A DNA stretch of 64,000 nucleotides from a virus. The number at the start of each line of letters is the position of its first letter. Positions within the stretch are counted from its first letter, which is position 1. The position numbers and the translations under genes are program-made. Positions 48,016 through 59,031 of the stretch are shown here, one piece after another. Below the pieces are notes generated by a model. That model was not told the origin of the DNA and did not search any database. It worked only from the letters and a program-made list of their open reading frames with translations. The stretch covers positions 47,067-111,066 of the IMG/VR virus record IMGVR_UViG_3300037461_000951; one strand, 5' to 3'.

Positions 48016-48498
48016 TCATGCGGCATGACACATCTCCTTATACTGTTTAAATGCCCAATCCCACGCATTGTCTTGGAATTTGATACCGTGGTGACAGATG
48101 ATTGCAGCCCCTCCAGCAAATTCATCGGGTCGAGGTTTACTACAAGTTTCAGCCCATGTAAAAACGACATAACCTGTTTTGGGTTTTAAAATTTCTAAAC
48201 GAATCAATGCGTATAGCCATTCTGTGGCTAAATCTATGTCACCACACTCTTCAGCATATACGTAGTATTCTGATTCGTATATTGTCGTTTCAAATCCACA
48301 ACTTTCATGTTCATAGAATATTTGTTCAAACATTTCTCCAACGATATTATTAATGTGGTCGGGTAGTTTCAGTTCATCAATTTCTTCAATTTCATGGGTT
48401 GTTACAGTCTTTAGCCATTTTTCCATGGCTTTTAACTCTTCTACTTTGTCTGGATTAATATCTACCGCCACGCTGAATTGCAAGTAATTGTTTGCCAT
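48016..48498 (-). CDS. Conserved phage protein
   Basis: MANNYLQFS...WAETCSKPRPDEFAGGA. Confidence 0.75.
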   Translation of the reverse strand: MANNYLQFSVAVDINPDKVEELKAMEKWLKTVTTHEIEEIDELKLPDHINNIVGEMFEQIFYEHESCGFETTIYESEYYVYAEECGDIDLATEWLYALIRLEILKPKTGYVVFTWAETCSKPRPDEFAGGAAIICHHGIKFQDNAWDWAFKQYKEMCHAA

Positions 48499-49434
48499 AA
48501 CTTATTCTCCCAAGTGAGCGTAAATTTCTTTAAGTACTAATTCTTCGGGTGCGCCAATAAAATGTGGAAAGATGGGCATGACGGATTCCCCCATGGGGTC
48601 TTCGATCATGCGTCTTTTTAAGTTGATGTTGAATTCACCGATCTGATTGCCCAGTCCATCAGCCCAATCTTGCATGGGGTTGACTTTTTTAATCTTTTTG
48701 TTTTTGGATATATTCAATTTAATATCTTCAAAAACATTAAATTGATCTTCAATAAACCAAAGCTGTTCTACCATTGTATTCATAGCAATTCTCCGAACGT
48801 TGGACAATAAAAAGCCCGTAATTTCTACGGGCGGTATGGTTACTTTTGGTTGAGGATGTAATAATTCTTTCCGTATTGGTACGGAACGAAATGGAAACCT
48901 TCTTCATCAGAAGAAACAAATCCACTAATATTTTTTCTTTTGTATTGAATCTTAGCGGGGATACTGAACCAAGTGTCCGGTTCTCCAGTAATTCGTGCTG
49001 TGAGTCGCAGTGTGGTTCCTGCAATGGGGCAGTTTTTCACCTTAGTAAGGTGATGATACCCCGGTGTGTGAAAGCTCTTACATCTGTTGGGATGTTCGGT
49101 GCCAGGATCTTTTGGGTCGGTGTAGTACATCATTAGACAATTCCGATTTCTACGTTGCAAGTATCTTCCGTATTAATTGAAATTTTCATTTCTTCGCTGG
49201 AAATTAGGAAAATTTCATTTTCCATTTTATTCTGGCCGTCATCACATCGAATAGTGAGTTTGATCTGTTCGTGAAGCACTTTATCTGACCAAAACGGCTT
49301 TTTGAGTATTTCAATACTCTGAACGTTATGTAAAAACGTTGTTATGCTGTTCATGTCATTTCTCCAGTTTTCAGTGGGTTGCGCCATGCTGGCGCAAAAT
49401 GAGTGTAGCATACGTTTAAAGAGTTTGCAACAAA

Positions 49435-49914
49435 TTACTGTAAAAATGTGAGACCATATTCAGCACATTCTTCAGCATATTTGAAAAATTCTTGTTCAAC
49501 ACTGGATTGCCATGCGCAGTAGCCTGGAAAATTTTTATCTGGATCTGGAATATATTCTTCATCATCACCCAGATATTCCACGGCCCATGTTAAAAGGTCG
49601 TAGTGTGATTCTGCTTCCTTGGTTTGAATCCATCCTACGAAACAGTCATCCATAGATGTACCAATCAAGTGTCCATTTTCTGATCCTTTAAAGAATGGAA
49701 CATTGGTGAGATTACGATAGTAGTAATTGGGAATTACTATTTTCATTTCATCAAAAGATATAGTGGGAAGTTCAGTTATTTTATGACCACCTTCATCTAA
49801 AAAATAACCTTCCGCATCAATCCAAAAGCCTTTTCTTAAAATTCGGTAAATTTCAGTAAAAGACTTTTTATCACTATAAGTAATCTCACCTTCAATACGA
49901 GAGTAAAAAGACAT
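49435..49914 (-). CDS. Hypothetical protein
   Basis: GGAGAATTGAC-ATG. Confidence 0.65.
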   Translation of the reverse strand: MSFYSRIEGEITYSDKKSFTEIYRILRKGFWIDAEGYFLDEGGHKITELPTISFDEMKIVIPNYYYRNLTNVPFFKGSENGHLIGTSMDDCFVGWIQTKEAESHYDLLTWAVEYLGDDEEYIPDPDKNFPGYCAWQSSVEQEFFKYAEECAEYGLTFLQ

Positions 49915-50148
49915 GTCAATTCTCCAGTTGGGGAATGGAGACGGATTGGAGTTGCGTCCAACCTCCACCAATTTCATACACAAAGCCTTCGACAACGCAT
50001 GGTGTTTCAAAAGCACCTTTTTCAAAAATGCGATCTACTGCCCAACGGGCAATAGAGTCACGTCCATGACCTACGATCATGGCATCCTCAAGCTTTTTAC
50101 CTGTCATTTTCCTCACAACGACGTTAATCAAGTTCATTTTATTCACCT

Positions 50149-50700
50149 CTAAATTGGAAAAGCTAAGATTTTACGGAGTCTTTCCGCACGGAAAGTCAGT
50201 TTTGGATCTCGTTCACACTGTTGAAGTTTTGTCTCACGTAAAAACCATCTGAATTCGTCAGAACGCATTTCTGGTAAGTTCAACAGTTGACAGCAAAGAC
50301 GAATGGTAGCAACGCCTGACACTCGGCTGTATGTGGGGTTGCCTTGATAATCTCTCCAGTTGCTCAAAGCACAAAATGTCGCTTCTATGAGCGGGTTACG
50401 ATCTGGAAACATGCTATTCACCCACGAAGAGTTGCTACTCCATGGACCTTTTAGTTGACGAGTTGTTCCGTCTTTCATAGTGATTGTAAAGACGTGACCA
50501 CTAAAGCCACCTTCGTTATGGGGACCTTTCCAATGCAAAAAGTCCCCTAAACCTTCATCATTTTCTGCACGATAAGTTCCATCTCGTTCTTCGTATACAA
50601 AATTATAGTCCTTTTTGGTGGGCATGGCATCGAAGAAAAGCTCAATGGTGGGGTCAATATCCCATTCTAGTTGGTAGTTGATCTGAGCACTTAAAATCAT
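50149..50700 (-). CDS. Conserved phage protein
   Basis: GGFSGHVFTITMKDG...LKGPWSSN; GGAGAATTGCA-ATG. Confidence 0.7.
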   Translation of the reverse strand: MILSAQINYQLEWDIDPTIELFFDAMPTKKDYNFVYEERDGTYRAENDEGLGDFLHWKGPHNEGGFSGHVFTITMKDGTTRQLKGPWSSNSSWVNSMFPDRNPLIEATFCALSNWRDYQGNPTYSRVSGVATIRLCCQLLNLPEMRSDEFRWFLRETKLQQCERDPKLTFRAERLRKILAFPI

Positions 50701-50741
50701 TGCAATTCTCCCGTGGGTTGCCATCCTTGGCAGTGGATTAT

Positions 50742-50951
50742 TTAGCTGACCTTGACAACAACACCGTCTTCAATGGTTGCTGTAGCATACCATTTATGAG
50801 GCTGTGGGTAGTGTGGCCCCTCCAAGCACACTTTGCCACTCTTTGGGGGATTACCCCCAAATGGGCCTGGTTGGAATACGGTCACTCGTTCACCTTTGGC
50901 AACCGCTTCTTTCAACGCTTTTTTGGTTTGAAAATTGATTGTGCTATACAT
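50742..50951 (-). CDS. Conserved small phage protein
   Basis: NF.TKKALKEAV..G..V.VFQPGPFG...LEGPHYPQPHKWYA. Confidence 0.75.
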   Translation of the reverse strand: MYSTINFQTKKALKEAVAKGERVTVFQPGPFGGNPPKSGKVCLEGPHYPQPHKWYATATIEDGVVVKVS

Positions 50952-50954
50952 GGT

Positions 50955-51227
50955 TTAACCCTTGTATGTGGGGTACAGTAGGCGGGATTCTTCAGTATCC
51001 CAAAAATAGCCATCGTCATCCTTACCTCTAAATTTGACGATACGCAAGGCGCTGTTATACTTTTCTAGCACCTTATTACAAATACTGACCATTTCTTCCG
51101 GTGTATATACCGTGGGATCTGGTAAGCATTCGCCAAATGCAGTGACCGCTTCTTCACCACATTCTTGCTCCAGCCAATCCATGATTTCTTGATCATGGAG
51201 TTTCTGATGTATTTTTACGTTAATCAT
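50955..51227 (-). CDS. Hypothetical protein (tandem paralogue)
   Basis: HDQEIMDWLEQECGE shared with the next gene. Confidence 0.7.
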   Translation of the reverse strand: MINVKIHQKLHDQEIMDWLEQECGEEAVTAFGECLPDPTVYTPEEMVSICNKVLEKYNSALRIVKFRGKDDDGYFWDTEESRLLYPTYKG

Positions 51228-51244
51228 GTCAATTTCTCCGGTTG

Positions 51245-51529
51245 TTATGCCGCACCTTCATGTACCGTTATCTGTACTTTCCATGTATAACCATCGTCAT
51301 CATGGCTGACATATTCTAACAATTTAAGTTGACTTCCTAAATCTTTTAATACTTTATTTAGGATCTTTTTTACGGGTTCCATGTCATCTGGAACAAGATA
51401 CATGTGTTCGGGTAACGCTTCTCCATAAATGGCAGCGATATTAAAATTTTCTGCACAATCTTCACCGCACTCTTGTTCCAGCCAGTCCATGATTTCTTGA
51501 TCATGCATTTTTTTGGTTACTTCAATCAT
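51245..51529 (-). CDS. Hypothetical protein (tandem paralogue)
   Basis: HDQEIMDWLEQECGE...DDDGY.W. Confidence 0.7.
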   Translation of the reverse strand: MIEVTKKMHDQEIMDWLEQECGEDCAENFNIAAIYGEALPEHMYLVPDDMEPVKKILNKVLKDLGSQLKLLEYVSHDDDGYTWKVQITVHEGAA

Positions 51530-51992
51530 GCGTTTTCTCCGTAATTCAGTGGGTTGCGCAAAATTGGCGCAATTGCAGTGTATCACGCCAATAAAGAGTT
51601 TGCAATGGGATTATGTTAAAAATACACTCAAAATCTTGAATGAGTGTAGTGTGAAGTCTTGACTTAGTAAATTTTCCACAGCTAATCTTGCTACTTCTGC
51701 GCATGTCGCACAGAATCGAAAAGCACTCTTGCGAATACCATTCTTTCGAGTAATAGCAATGTATGTAATTCTAAACTCATTCATGTCAATTCTCCAGTCA
51801 ATAAAAAAACCACCTACGGTGGTTGGAAATGTTGTGCTTGCTAACGCAAACGAATTTTATCATGTCATTGAAGAATGTGCAACATAAATTGCAATCATTT
51901 GTTAGATAAATGGCTGTTTTTTGTAGAATTAATTTCCACGCCTCATCTACATCTGCTCCCAAAAATCCCGCCCGAAGGCGGGTGTTGAAGGA

Positions 51993-52340
51993 TTAAACGT
52001 AAAAGTCTAAGTGGTTGATAGTGGTTCGGAATGAATCTTCCATGTCATTATCTTCATCGTCATTGGATACATGAAATTGTTCTGACACATGACATTCTTC
52101 ATCATGTGTATCGGGATCACAAACCATCCCACAATCTGCACAAACCCAAATAGAAGCTTCCGGCCCAATGGCAAAGCGGTCATAACGACCTTTGCTTTTT
52201 AGTGGAAAGCTTGTGGAAACGACCTGTTCGACTTTTTCTTCATACTGCTTAGCGCATCCGGTGTCTTCATCGCATGGGATGAAGCCATCAGATGAACCGT
52301 ATGAATCCCAACCGGGACAATCTGTATTGAACATGCACAT
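51993..52340 (-). CDS. Cys/acidic hypothetical protein
   Basis: GGAGAATTAGC-ATG; followed by a UUCG-loop terminator. Confidence 0.65.
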   Translation of the reverse strand: MCMFNTDCPGWDSYGSSDGFIPCDEDTGCAKQYEEKVEQVVSTSFPLKSKGRYDRFAIGPEASIWVCADCGMVCDPDTHDEECHVSEQFHVSNDDEDNDMEDSFRTTINHLDFYV

Positions 52341-52611
52341 GCTAATTCTCCTCTTAGTTTGTGGAATAGCGATTGATGATCTTACGATCAACGATGTAAT
52401 CAAACCCTTTACGGTCAACATCTGCCAACGTGAGTGATGGACGACCGTCTTCCAGTACCACAATGGATACTAGATTTTCACGGTGATCTTTAGCCAACAA
52501 TTGATTGGCCCATTCTACCAGTCGGTCAAATGATGAATCGTTCTTCCACTGTGCAAATGACATAGCGCGAAGCATACTCAATTCTCCTCTGAATGAATGT
52601 GGTCAAATGGT

Positions 52612-52917
52612 TTACGGAATGATCTTCGGCACACGTAACACGATGAATTCTTCGAGTGTAGCACCCAGTTCTTCCATTTTGTCGGCGGTCATTTCTACGC
52701 CACGGAGTTCAGCGGGGATGTTCAGAACTAAGTGATGGTAGCTGCCTTTTCGATCCCAAATTTCCGCAGCTAAATGTACGGGCAAGGTGCCCAACACATT
52801 GTCACCTGCTCTGACCACATTTACGTCAAAGTGAGACACGATTTCTGCATCGAAACCTTGACGCGCTGCCCAATCTTTTGCGCCTTGATGACGTGTAACG
52901 AAGTAAGTCTTAGCCAT
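52612..52917 (-). CDS. csx16: Csx16-family protein (candidate phage ring nuclease / type III anti-CRISPR)
   Basis: TYFVTRHQGAKDWAARQG...VSHFD...GDNVLGTLPVHLAAEI...YHHLVLNIPAELRGVEMTADKM..LGA.LE.F; GGGAG RBS. Confidence 0.88.
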   Translation of the reverse strand: MAKTYFVTRHQGAKDWAARQGFDAEIVSHFDVNVVRAGDNVLGTLPVHLAAEIWDRKGSYHHLVLNIPAELRGVEMTADKMEELGATLEEFIVLRVPKIIP

Positions 52918-53125
52918 AATTTTTCTCCCGAAAGCGAGTTTTCCGATGCTCTTTCCAGCACCGTGACGGTCTGGCCCACAAATCGTCCCACGCATTGGGA
53001 AGATTGTGGTCTGAACGACATTGGCGCATCTTGATTTGCGCCAATTCTTTGATTTCTTGATCGGTTTGAACGGCTACATATTGTTTCCGTTCTTGTGTGG
53101 TTTTGGGATGACGATAATATCCCAT
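52910..53125 (-). CDS. Small basic phage protein
   Basis: YYRHPKTTQERK...LPNAWDD...RCWK.HRK. Confidence 0.7.
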   Translation of the reverse strand: MGYYRHPKTTQERKQYVAVQTDQEIKELAQIKMRQCRSDHNLPNAWDDLWARPSRCWKEHRKTRFREKNYG

Positions 53126-53173
53126 GTTATTTTCTCCAGTATTGGGGTCGTAAATACGACCCCGTTGATCTAA

Positions 53174-53542
53174 TTACTCGTAAAACTCGACTTGGAATTC
53201 TATTCCATCCGTGTAGTATTCTGGCTCCGTTTTGGTAATGTTGACCTCATGAATTACCATCTTCAGTTGGGGATAGTTCCAACTGAACATTCTTGCTGCG
53301 AATAACAAACATTCTGCTTTTGAGCTATCTTCCACTGCATCTGCCAGCCATTCATAAAACTGGCATCCCAAGCTCCCCTCCGCATTGACAGCAAGCGGAT
53401 TGACATCTTCAGCTTCGATAGTACCAAAAGTGTCTCTGATTTGAGACACGGACATCCACATCCTTTTGTTCAATGGTAAATCAATACCAATCTTTTGGAC
53501 GTTTTGCAACTGCCAATCTTCAAATTTGAAGTTTTCAATCAT
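53174..53542 (-). CDS. Hypothetical protein
   Basis: Promoter cassette upstream. Confidence 0.65.
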   Translation of the reverse strand: MIENFKFEDWQLQNVQKIGIDLPLNKRMWMSVSQIRDTFGTIEAEDVNPLAVNAEGSLGCQFYEWLADAVEDSSKAECLLFAARMFSWNYPQLKMVIHEVNITKTEPEYYTDGIEFQVEFYE

Positions 53543-53758
53543 GGAAAATCTCCGATTGTGGGGTGGTTATGCGCTTGCGGCGCAAATGCAGTTTAGCACA
53601 CTCGAAAAGAATGTGCAAGCATTAATTTTCAATGATCTTTGGGTGCAAAATACCCACTGATGAATTCTAGCATCATAAGCATCACAAAGATGAAAAACAG
53701 GATCTTGAGTATCAACATGGCGATTTTCCCAGTAAAGCCATCCTTGGCATGGTTAATC

Positions 53759-54400
53759 TTAGTTGGATTCTAGCCAGCACATTCTCATGTGCTCTAAAAT
53801 CTCCATTAAAGTATGCCCACCGATCTTATTTCGGGGGTGGTTCAAATCCAAATCTGGTCCATTACTCTCACACCAGTTGATCATCTGGTTGATGGTTTTA
53901 TGGATAGCTTCAAATTGGCCTTCTGTTCCACCCAAGTCCCCTTCACAGCCAATGAGCCAATCCTTTTTGGCATAAATGGGGAATACAGGCATGATATATT
54001 CTGCCGCTGTGGTGGGTTGAACGCCACCTGGACGCAGTACATCTACCCACCATGAATACGGCGCATATTCCCACGGTCTTAATGACCGTTCCAGCACTGG
54101 TGAATCTTCGATAGCCGAAGCGCCCAAGCACAGAAACCCATACACCTCGTTGGGTTGCATTTCTGGTCCGTCCACTTCTTCAATGAACATACAGAATGTG
54201 ACCGACGATAGTCGGTGTTCTGGATCTATCGTATCCCACAATGGGATGGGAGGTTTCACTCGCCATATCTGGCCCATTTTGGCATCTTTGGGCTGCAAGT
54301 GTCCCAAGAGCTGCCGAACTGTGGAAGTCCGACTAATTGCGTCTTTAATGAACGCGGGAACTTCTGCAACTTGAGCAGTTGCCGCTTGCATCTGGGTCAT
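53759..54400 (-). CDS. Hypothetical protein
   Basis: 213 aa, GGAGAAT RBS. Confidence 0.7.
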   Translation of the reverse strand: MTQMQAATAQVAEVPAFIKDAISRTSTVRQLLGHLQPKDAKMGQIWRVKPPIPLWDTIDPEHRLSSVTFCMFIEEVDGPEMQPNEVYGFLCLGASAIEDSPVLERSLRPWEYAPYSWWVDVLRPGGVQPTTAAEYIMPVFPIYAKKDWLIGCEGDLGGTEGQFEAIHKTINQMINWCESNGPDLDLNHPRNKIGGHTLMEILEHMRMCWLESN

Positions 54401-54657
54401 ACGGATTCTCCAGCGATGGACTTCAGAATATCATGGACCTCTGCCCAAGTCAAAAAGCCTTGGACATCATATATCAAACTCCAGTCATCGTTATCTTCGG
54501 AATGAAAAACGATTTCTGCGAGTTCCCACAGTCCTTCATCATAGCCTAAGCTACCGAAAAAGCGCACTACGGACGCACCGTGGTTATTCTCAAATCGGTA
54601 AATCAAATGAAATCCTTTGGGGTCTGCATGATGGACTTTCTCGATAATCGGCTTCAT
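54397..54657 (-). CDS. Conserved phage protein (paralogue of 32958-33287)
   Basis: YRFENNHGASVV...G...GLWELA...DVQGFLT..EV..IL..I. Confidence 0.7.
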   Translation of the reverse strand: MKPIIEKVHHADPKGFHLIYRFENNHGASVVRFFGSLGYDEGLWELAEIVFHSEDNDDWSLIYDVQGFLTWAEVHDILKSIAGESV

Positions 54658-54739
54658 CGCTTTTCTCCGGTGTTGGGGTACATATCAATGGTTCTGGACA
54701 TTGATATGCACCCCACTCTTGCGAGTGGGGTGAATACTG

Positions 54740-55138
54740 TCATGTTACTATCTTTGTATCGGATTTGTGTTCTTCCCATACTTTAATAACCAAAGCAATC
54801 TGATTACTATCCCATCCGTACATCTTGTTAAAGAATTTAAATGCCTGGATTTTACCACACCCAACAGCTTCGAAGAAATAGCTGGCCGTTTCCCACACCT
54901 TTTGTGAAATAATCATCCATTGATGGTTATCTACGATGGCAACTTCACCAATGAGACAACGTGCCCGCCTTTCAGCTTCAATGACTTCTCGTTCGAATTT
55001 GGATTCGATGTTCGTGATTACATCCTTGTCCATTGGAAAAAGGACTTGTGCTTTATCCTTCAGTTGGCGGAACATCACCACATCTTTCGTGGCAAGTTTG
55101 TTACCGATTACAACCGGATTCTTGATGATTTTGCTCAT
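54740..55138 (-). CDS. Hypothetical protein
   Basis: GAGGA RBS. Confidence 0.6.
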   Translation of the reverse strand: MSKIIKNPVVIGNKLATKDVVMFRQLKDKAQVLFPMDKDVITNIESKFEREVIEAERRARCLIGEVAIVDNHQWMIISQKVWETASYFFEAVGCGKIQAFKFFNKMYGWDSNQIALVIKVWEEHKSDTKIVT

Positions 55139-55484
55139 TTTGATTTCCTCATGGTTGTTTTGACTACCCACTCTTGCGAGTGGGGTGAATGTTATTTAAA
55201 AATCTTCACGCTCTTCGTCACGCACCTCGGCAATTGCATGTGCTATGTGTAATGTTGGAGCCAGTTCTAGTAGTTGCATACTTTGAAACCAGCGAATGTC
55301 TGAATCACTGACATCTTGAGTGTCAACGCCAATGACTTCTTGATCGCCCACCATGAAATAATCTTGATTTTCATGGGTGAATGAAAAAATGCTCTGTGTG
55401 AGCGTTTGTTCTACGGGTTGAATCGTGATTTGCATTGCAATTCTCCAATGAATTGCCATCCTTGGCGAGTGGGGATGGAATGAA

Positions 55485-56462
55485 TTAAGCAGCTCTGGCT
55501 GCTTTGCCAGTCTTGGGTTTGCTCACCTTGACTTCCGGTTTGATCGTCTCGGGCTTGGCTTCTGCCGCTTTAGCGGCATCGGCTGCTTTCTTAGCCCGCA
55601 ACCTTTCCAGTGCCGCGTTCGCGGCAGCAGCAAAATCTTTGGTGGATGACAACGTCTTAGCGACCGTCAAGCCACCTTCCGCCAGTAAACTAGCCAGTCG
55701 TTTCTGCGACTCAATCGCAGTTTGAACACTGGTATCTACTGGAATTTCTTCCACGATGGGACGTTGTAACAGCTCTGCGATGGTGTCGCAGTATTCAGCA
55801 CACCATTCATCTCGGATGGGGTTGTTTTCCACGTAGCCCATCTGTGGTGCCACGACTCTTGGCACTTTGGGTTGGAAATACACCAGCCAATCCTCATTGG
55901 TTGGTTTGACTTCCAACATCTGTACCAGCATGTCATCATACGCCGCCCACGGTTCTTCGTTGGAAACCTTAATTTTGGTGGGAGCCATGCCGTTCTTCAC
56001 TGACCGGCTCGTACCTACCCATAGTGATTGGGTCATTGCCATACGCCAGCTCTGTGCCCACGCAATGAACTCCTGTGGCCGACCCGTTTTAGCCGCATCC
56101 TTACTTTGATGTCGGTCCACCTTCGACTTTTTGGCCGAATTAAAAGCCAGCACAAATCTGGGACTGGTTCCGCAAGCATAACCTACGCTTACGGGATCGG
56201 CAATACCAACATACTCTTCCGGGATGAATTCCCCGGACTGAAAATCTTTCCAGTTTTCCAGCATCCATGCGACAATCTGGAAGTTGTTTCCATTACACAG
56301 TAGATGGGCAAACATGTTCGCCCGCATGTCCTTATTGGACACCGACAAGCCTGCTGTGGTTGTCTTGGGATTGGCCCGCTTGAGCTCTAATCCGGTGATT
56401 CCTTTGATGCACCGGATTAACTCCTCCCGTTGCTTGTGTACCAATTCGTTAGTCTTAGCCAT
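55485..56462 (-). CDS. Hypothetical protein with Ala/Lys-rich tail
   Basis: 325 aa; promoter cassette, GGAGAATTAGC-ATG. Confidence 0.75.
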   Translation of the reverse strand: MAKTNELVHKQREELIRCIKGITGLELKRANPKTTTAGLSVSNKDMRANMFAHLLCNGNNFQIVAWMLENWKDFQSGEFIPEEYVGIADPVSVGYACGTSPRFVLAFNSAKKSKVDRHQSKDAAKTGRPQEFIAWAQSWRMAMTQSLWVGTSRSVKNGMAPTKIKVSNEEPWAAYDDMLVQMLEVKPTNEDWLVYFQPKVPRVVAPQMGYVENNPIRDEWCAEYCDTIAELLQRPIVEEIPVDTSVQTAIESQKRLASLLAEGGLTVAKTLSSTKDFAAAANAALERLRAKKAADAAKAAEAKPETIKPEVKVSKPKTGKAARAA

Positions 56463-58586
56463 GCTAATTCTCCAATGCGGCAAAAAGTCTTAAAAAAAGC
56501 GCCAAGCGATAACTCGCTGGCGCGAATGAAGTATAGCACACTCAAAAAGAATGTGCAATGATTTTTTCAAAATTCTGGCAGTTGAATTGCTCCAAGTACT
56601 TCATCTGCCCACGAATATTTCTTAATTGCTTGCTGTTTGGCATCTGTTTCGCTTGGTGCCAAAAGCATAACGTTAACCTCCGCTCCATGGAAGTCATCTT
56701 GCACAACGTATAAAACAACAATGTATTCTTTCATGTCAATTCTCCAGTTAGTGCGCCATGCAGTATAGCTTGGCGCGTTTGCAGCATATCACGCTGCGAA
56801 AGATCATGCAATCATTAATTTGTAGCACTCTGTGGAATAAATGCCCGTTCCCCTTGTTTGTCCCAACAAGAGGGATAAATGATTTGGTATCGTGTGCTCT
56901 TATACACGGCAGAGCCGTCAGCAAAGAGCGTCAACGTGACATCGGGCGACAAGATCACGGAAATGCCCAAAAATCTTCGTACCCGAACAGCATAAAGTTT
57001 TCAGCCATAGTACCTTTCATCGTAGTTCTCCAGTGACGATCCATTGACCTTGGATCAGTTGAATAGATTTCGCTATCATCTTTTGATGACTGTGGGTAAG
57101 AGCGTGAGTCATTACGTCTTCCGCACACAGGTGTGGTGCTACCTGTCCACATGGGACGGGTAGTAAATCTCCATACTGGAGCCACACGGCAATCGATTTC
57201 TTTCCGTGTTTTTTCTGGTTGTCCATCATAAAACCTCAAAAAAAGTGAGAAATGAAATGGCTTTGCAGTATAAGACAAAGCCACTTCATTTCCCACTCTT
57301 GCGAGTGGGTGTTGGTGGTCTAGTAGTGTTGGCGCTCCATGTGCCAGTAACATTCTGTACTTTCAATCATGACCGGAAATTCTGAATCATTCGGTTCCTT
57401 AATCTGATTGATTAGCGGTTCTCCACTGATCGCTTCCCTCAACACCCAGATCATGGGTGCGGGTGCTGACCAGTTTCCGCAGATCGGGTTATAACCGCCC
57501 AACTCTTGGTGGGCGCACTTTCCGTAATTGCATTCTTGAGTCCATGCACTCGCTGTTCTGTATTTACACATTTCACACCTCCACGATTTCAGTTTCGCCA
57601 GTGTTCCAATCTTCCAGCCGAAGCCGGAAACAATCAGATGGATAAGCAGCTCTGGTAAAAGCTAATTTCAACAGAGCTTGTTTTCTAGTCAATTTACGAT
57701 ATGACTGAAAACCTTCAAAATAGCCGGGTTCGTCTGGAGCGCAGCCAAACCGACTGAAAATCTGTACAACAACGTTGTCAATCTCGTCCATCATCATTTC
57801 CTCATCGTTGTGAATTGCCCCACTCTGGTGAGTGGGGCGTGAATATCTTTAAAAAACTTCGCAGTTGCCCATCGCCGCCTCGACAATCAATTTGCAATCA
57901 CGCAAGCTTTTCTCGGGAAAGGCAATCCGCATCAATTTGATCTGGCTGACCTTACGGTCAGGGATCGTGATGCTCGCAAGAAGCGTAGCAAAGTCCCACT
58001 CGCGCTCCTTCACGATGGTGGAGTACTCGCCTTCGCTAACTACCAACTGCCGGGTAATCTCGATAGCCATGTTATTTCCTTCGTTGTGTAAGAGTGAAGT
58101 AGCGCACTCTCGTCGCTCCCATGAACACGGAACATTCTGTTCAATGCTCATGGGTAGCCATCCTTGGCCTGGAACATCACGAAATTTCAATCTGGATCGT
58201 ACTCCCATCCTTATGGGCCGTAAAGCCCTTGTGAAACGCACCTTTGATTTCGTAACCGTCGCGGCGGAGATCTTTCCCGATCTCCCGTAAAATCATCGCC
58301 ACGATATTTCCTTGTCGAGTGATGCTGTTCTTCACAGCATCTCCGAGCACCTCAATGGTGTAGTCTCGGTTCATTCTTATTCCAGCTAAGTTCATGACTT
58401 TTTCTCCGTAACGTCTTTGATGGTTTCTGGTTTGGCAAGCCATAAGTTTGCCACGGTTAAATACGCCAAAGTTTGCGCTCTGGCATAAGCTTGCTCTTTA
58501 CTCATACCAATTCTCCATTGGGTGGATAAAATTTAAAGATGCATCACCAGTGGCAGCACCTAAGTCTGCCACTGAGTTGCACCTTT

Positions 58587-58871
58587 TTATTCGTCAACGA
58601 ACATATCGTCGAACACAAACCTAATCCAGCGCATGAACGCTGCGTAAACTTCTTGGAACTGACCGTACTTCCTGGTGTCGGCAATGAACCGATATTCGCC
58701 GGTATCTGTCGTGGCCGTGGCAACCAATTTGCCTTCGAATGGCATATTGTTGATCCAAGTAACCAATTGTTGCATGTCTTCCAAGCTCACGAACGAAAAC
58801 TGCAATTCGCTCTTGGAAACATAGTTGTAGCCTTTTGCAGCGTGGGTCAACTTCAAAGTTTTAGTCGTCAT
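58587..58871 (-). CDS. Hypothetical protein
   Basis: GGAGAAA RBS at an internal Met. Confidence 0.55.
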   Translation of the reverse strand: MTTKTLKLTHAAKGYNYVSKSELQFSFVSLEDMQQLVTWINNMPFEGKLVATATTDTGEYRFIADTRKYGQFQEVYAAFMRWIRFVFDDMFVDE

Positions 58872-59031
58872 GCTCGTTTCTCCGGTAAATGCGCCATGCA
58901 AAATAGCTTGGCGCATCCCATTGTAAATCCAATCAAAAGAGTTTGCAAACATTATTTTCATCCCATCTGAAAATAATTTGCCCGAAAACATAGACATAGC
59001 TTTCAACGCCATGCTACGTTCTGCTCCCAAA

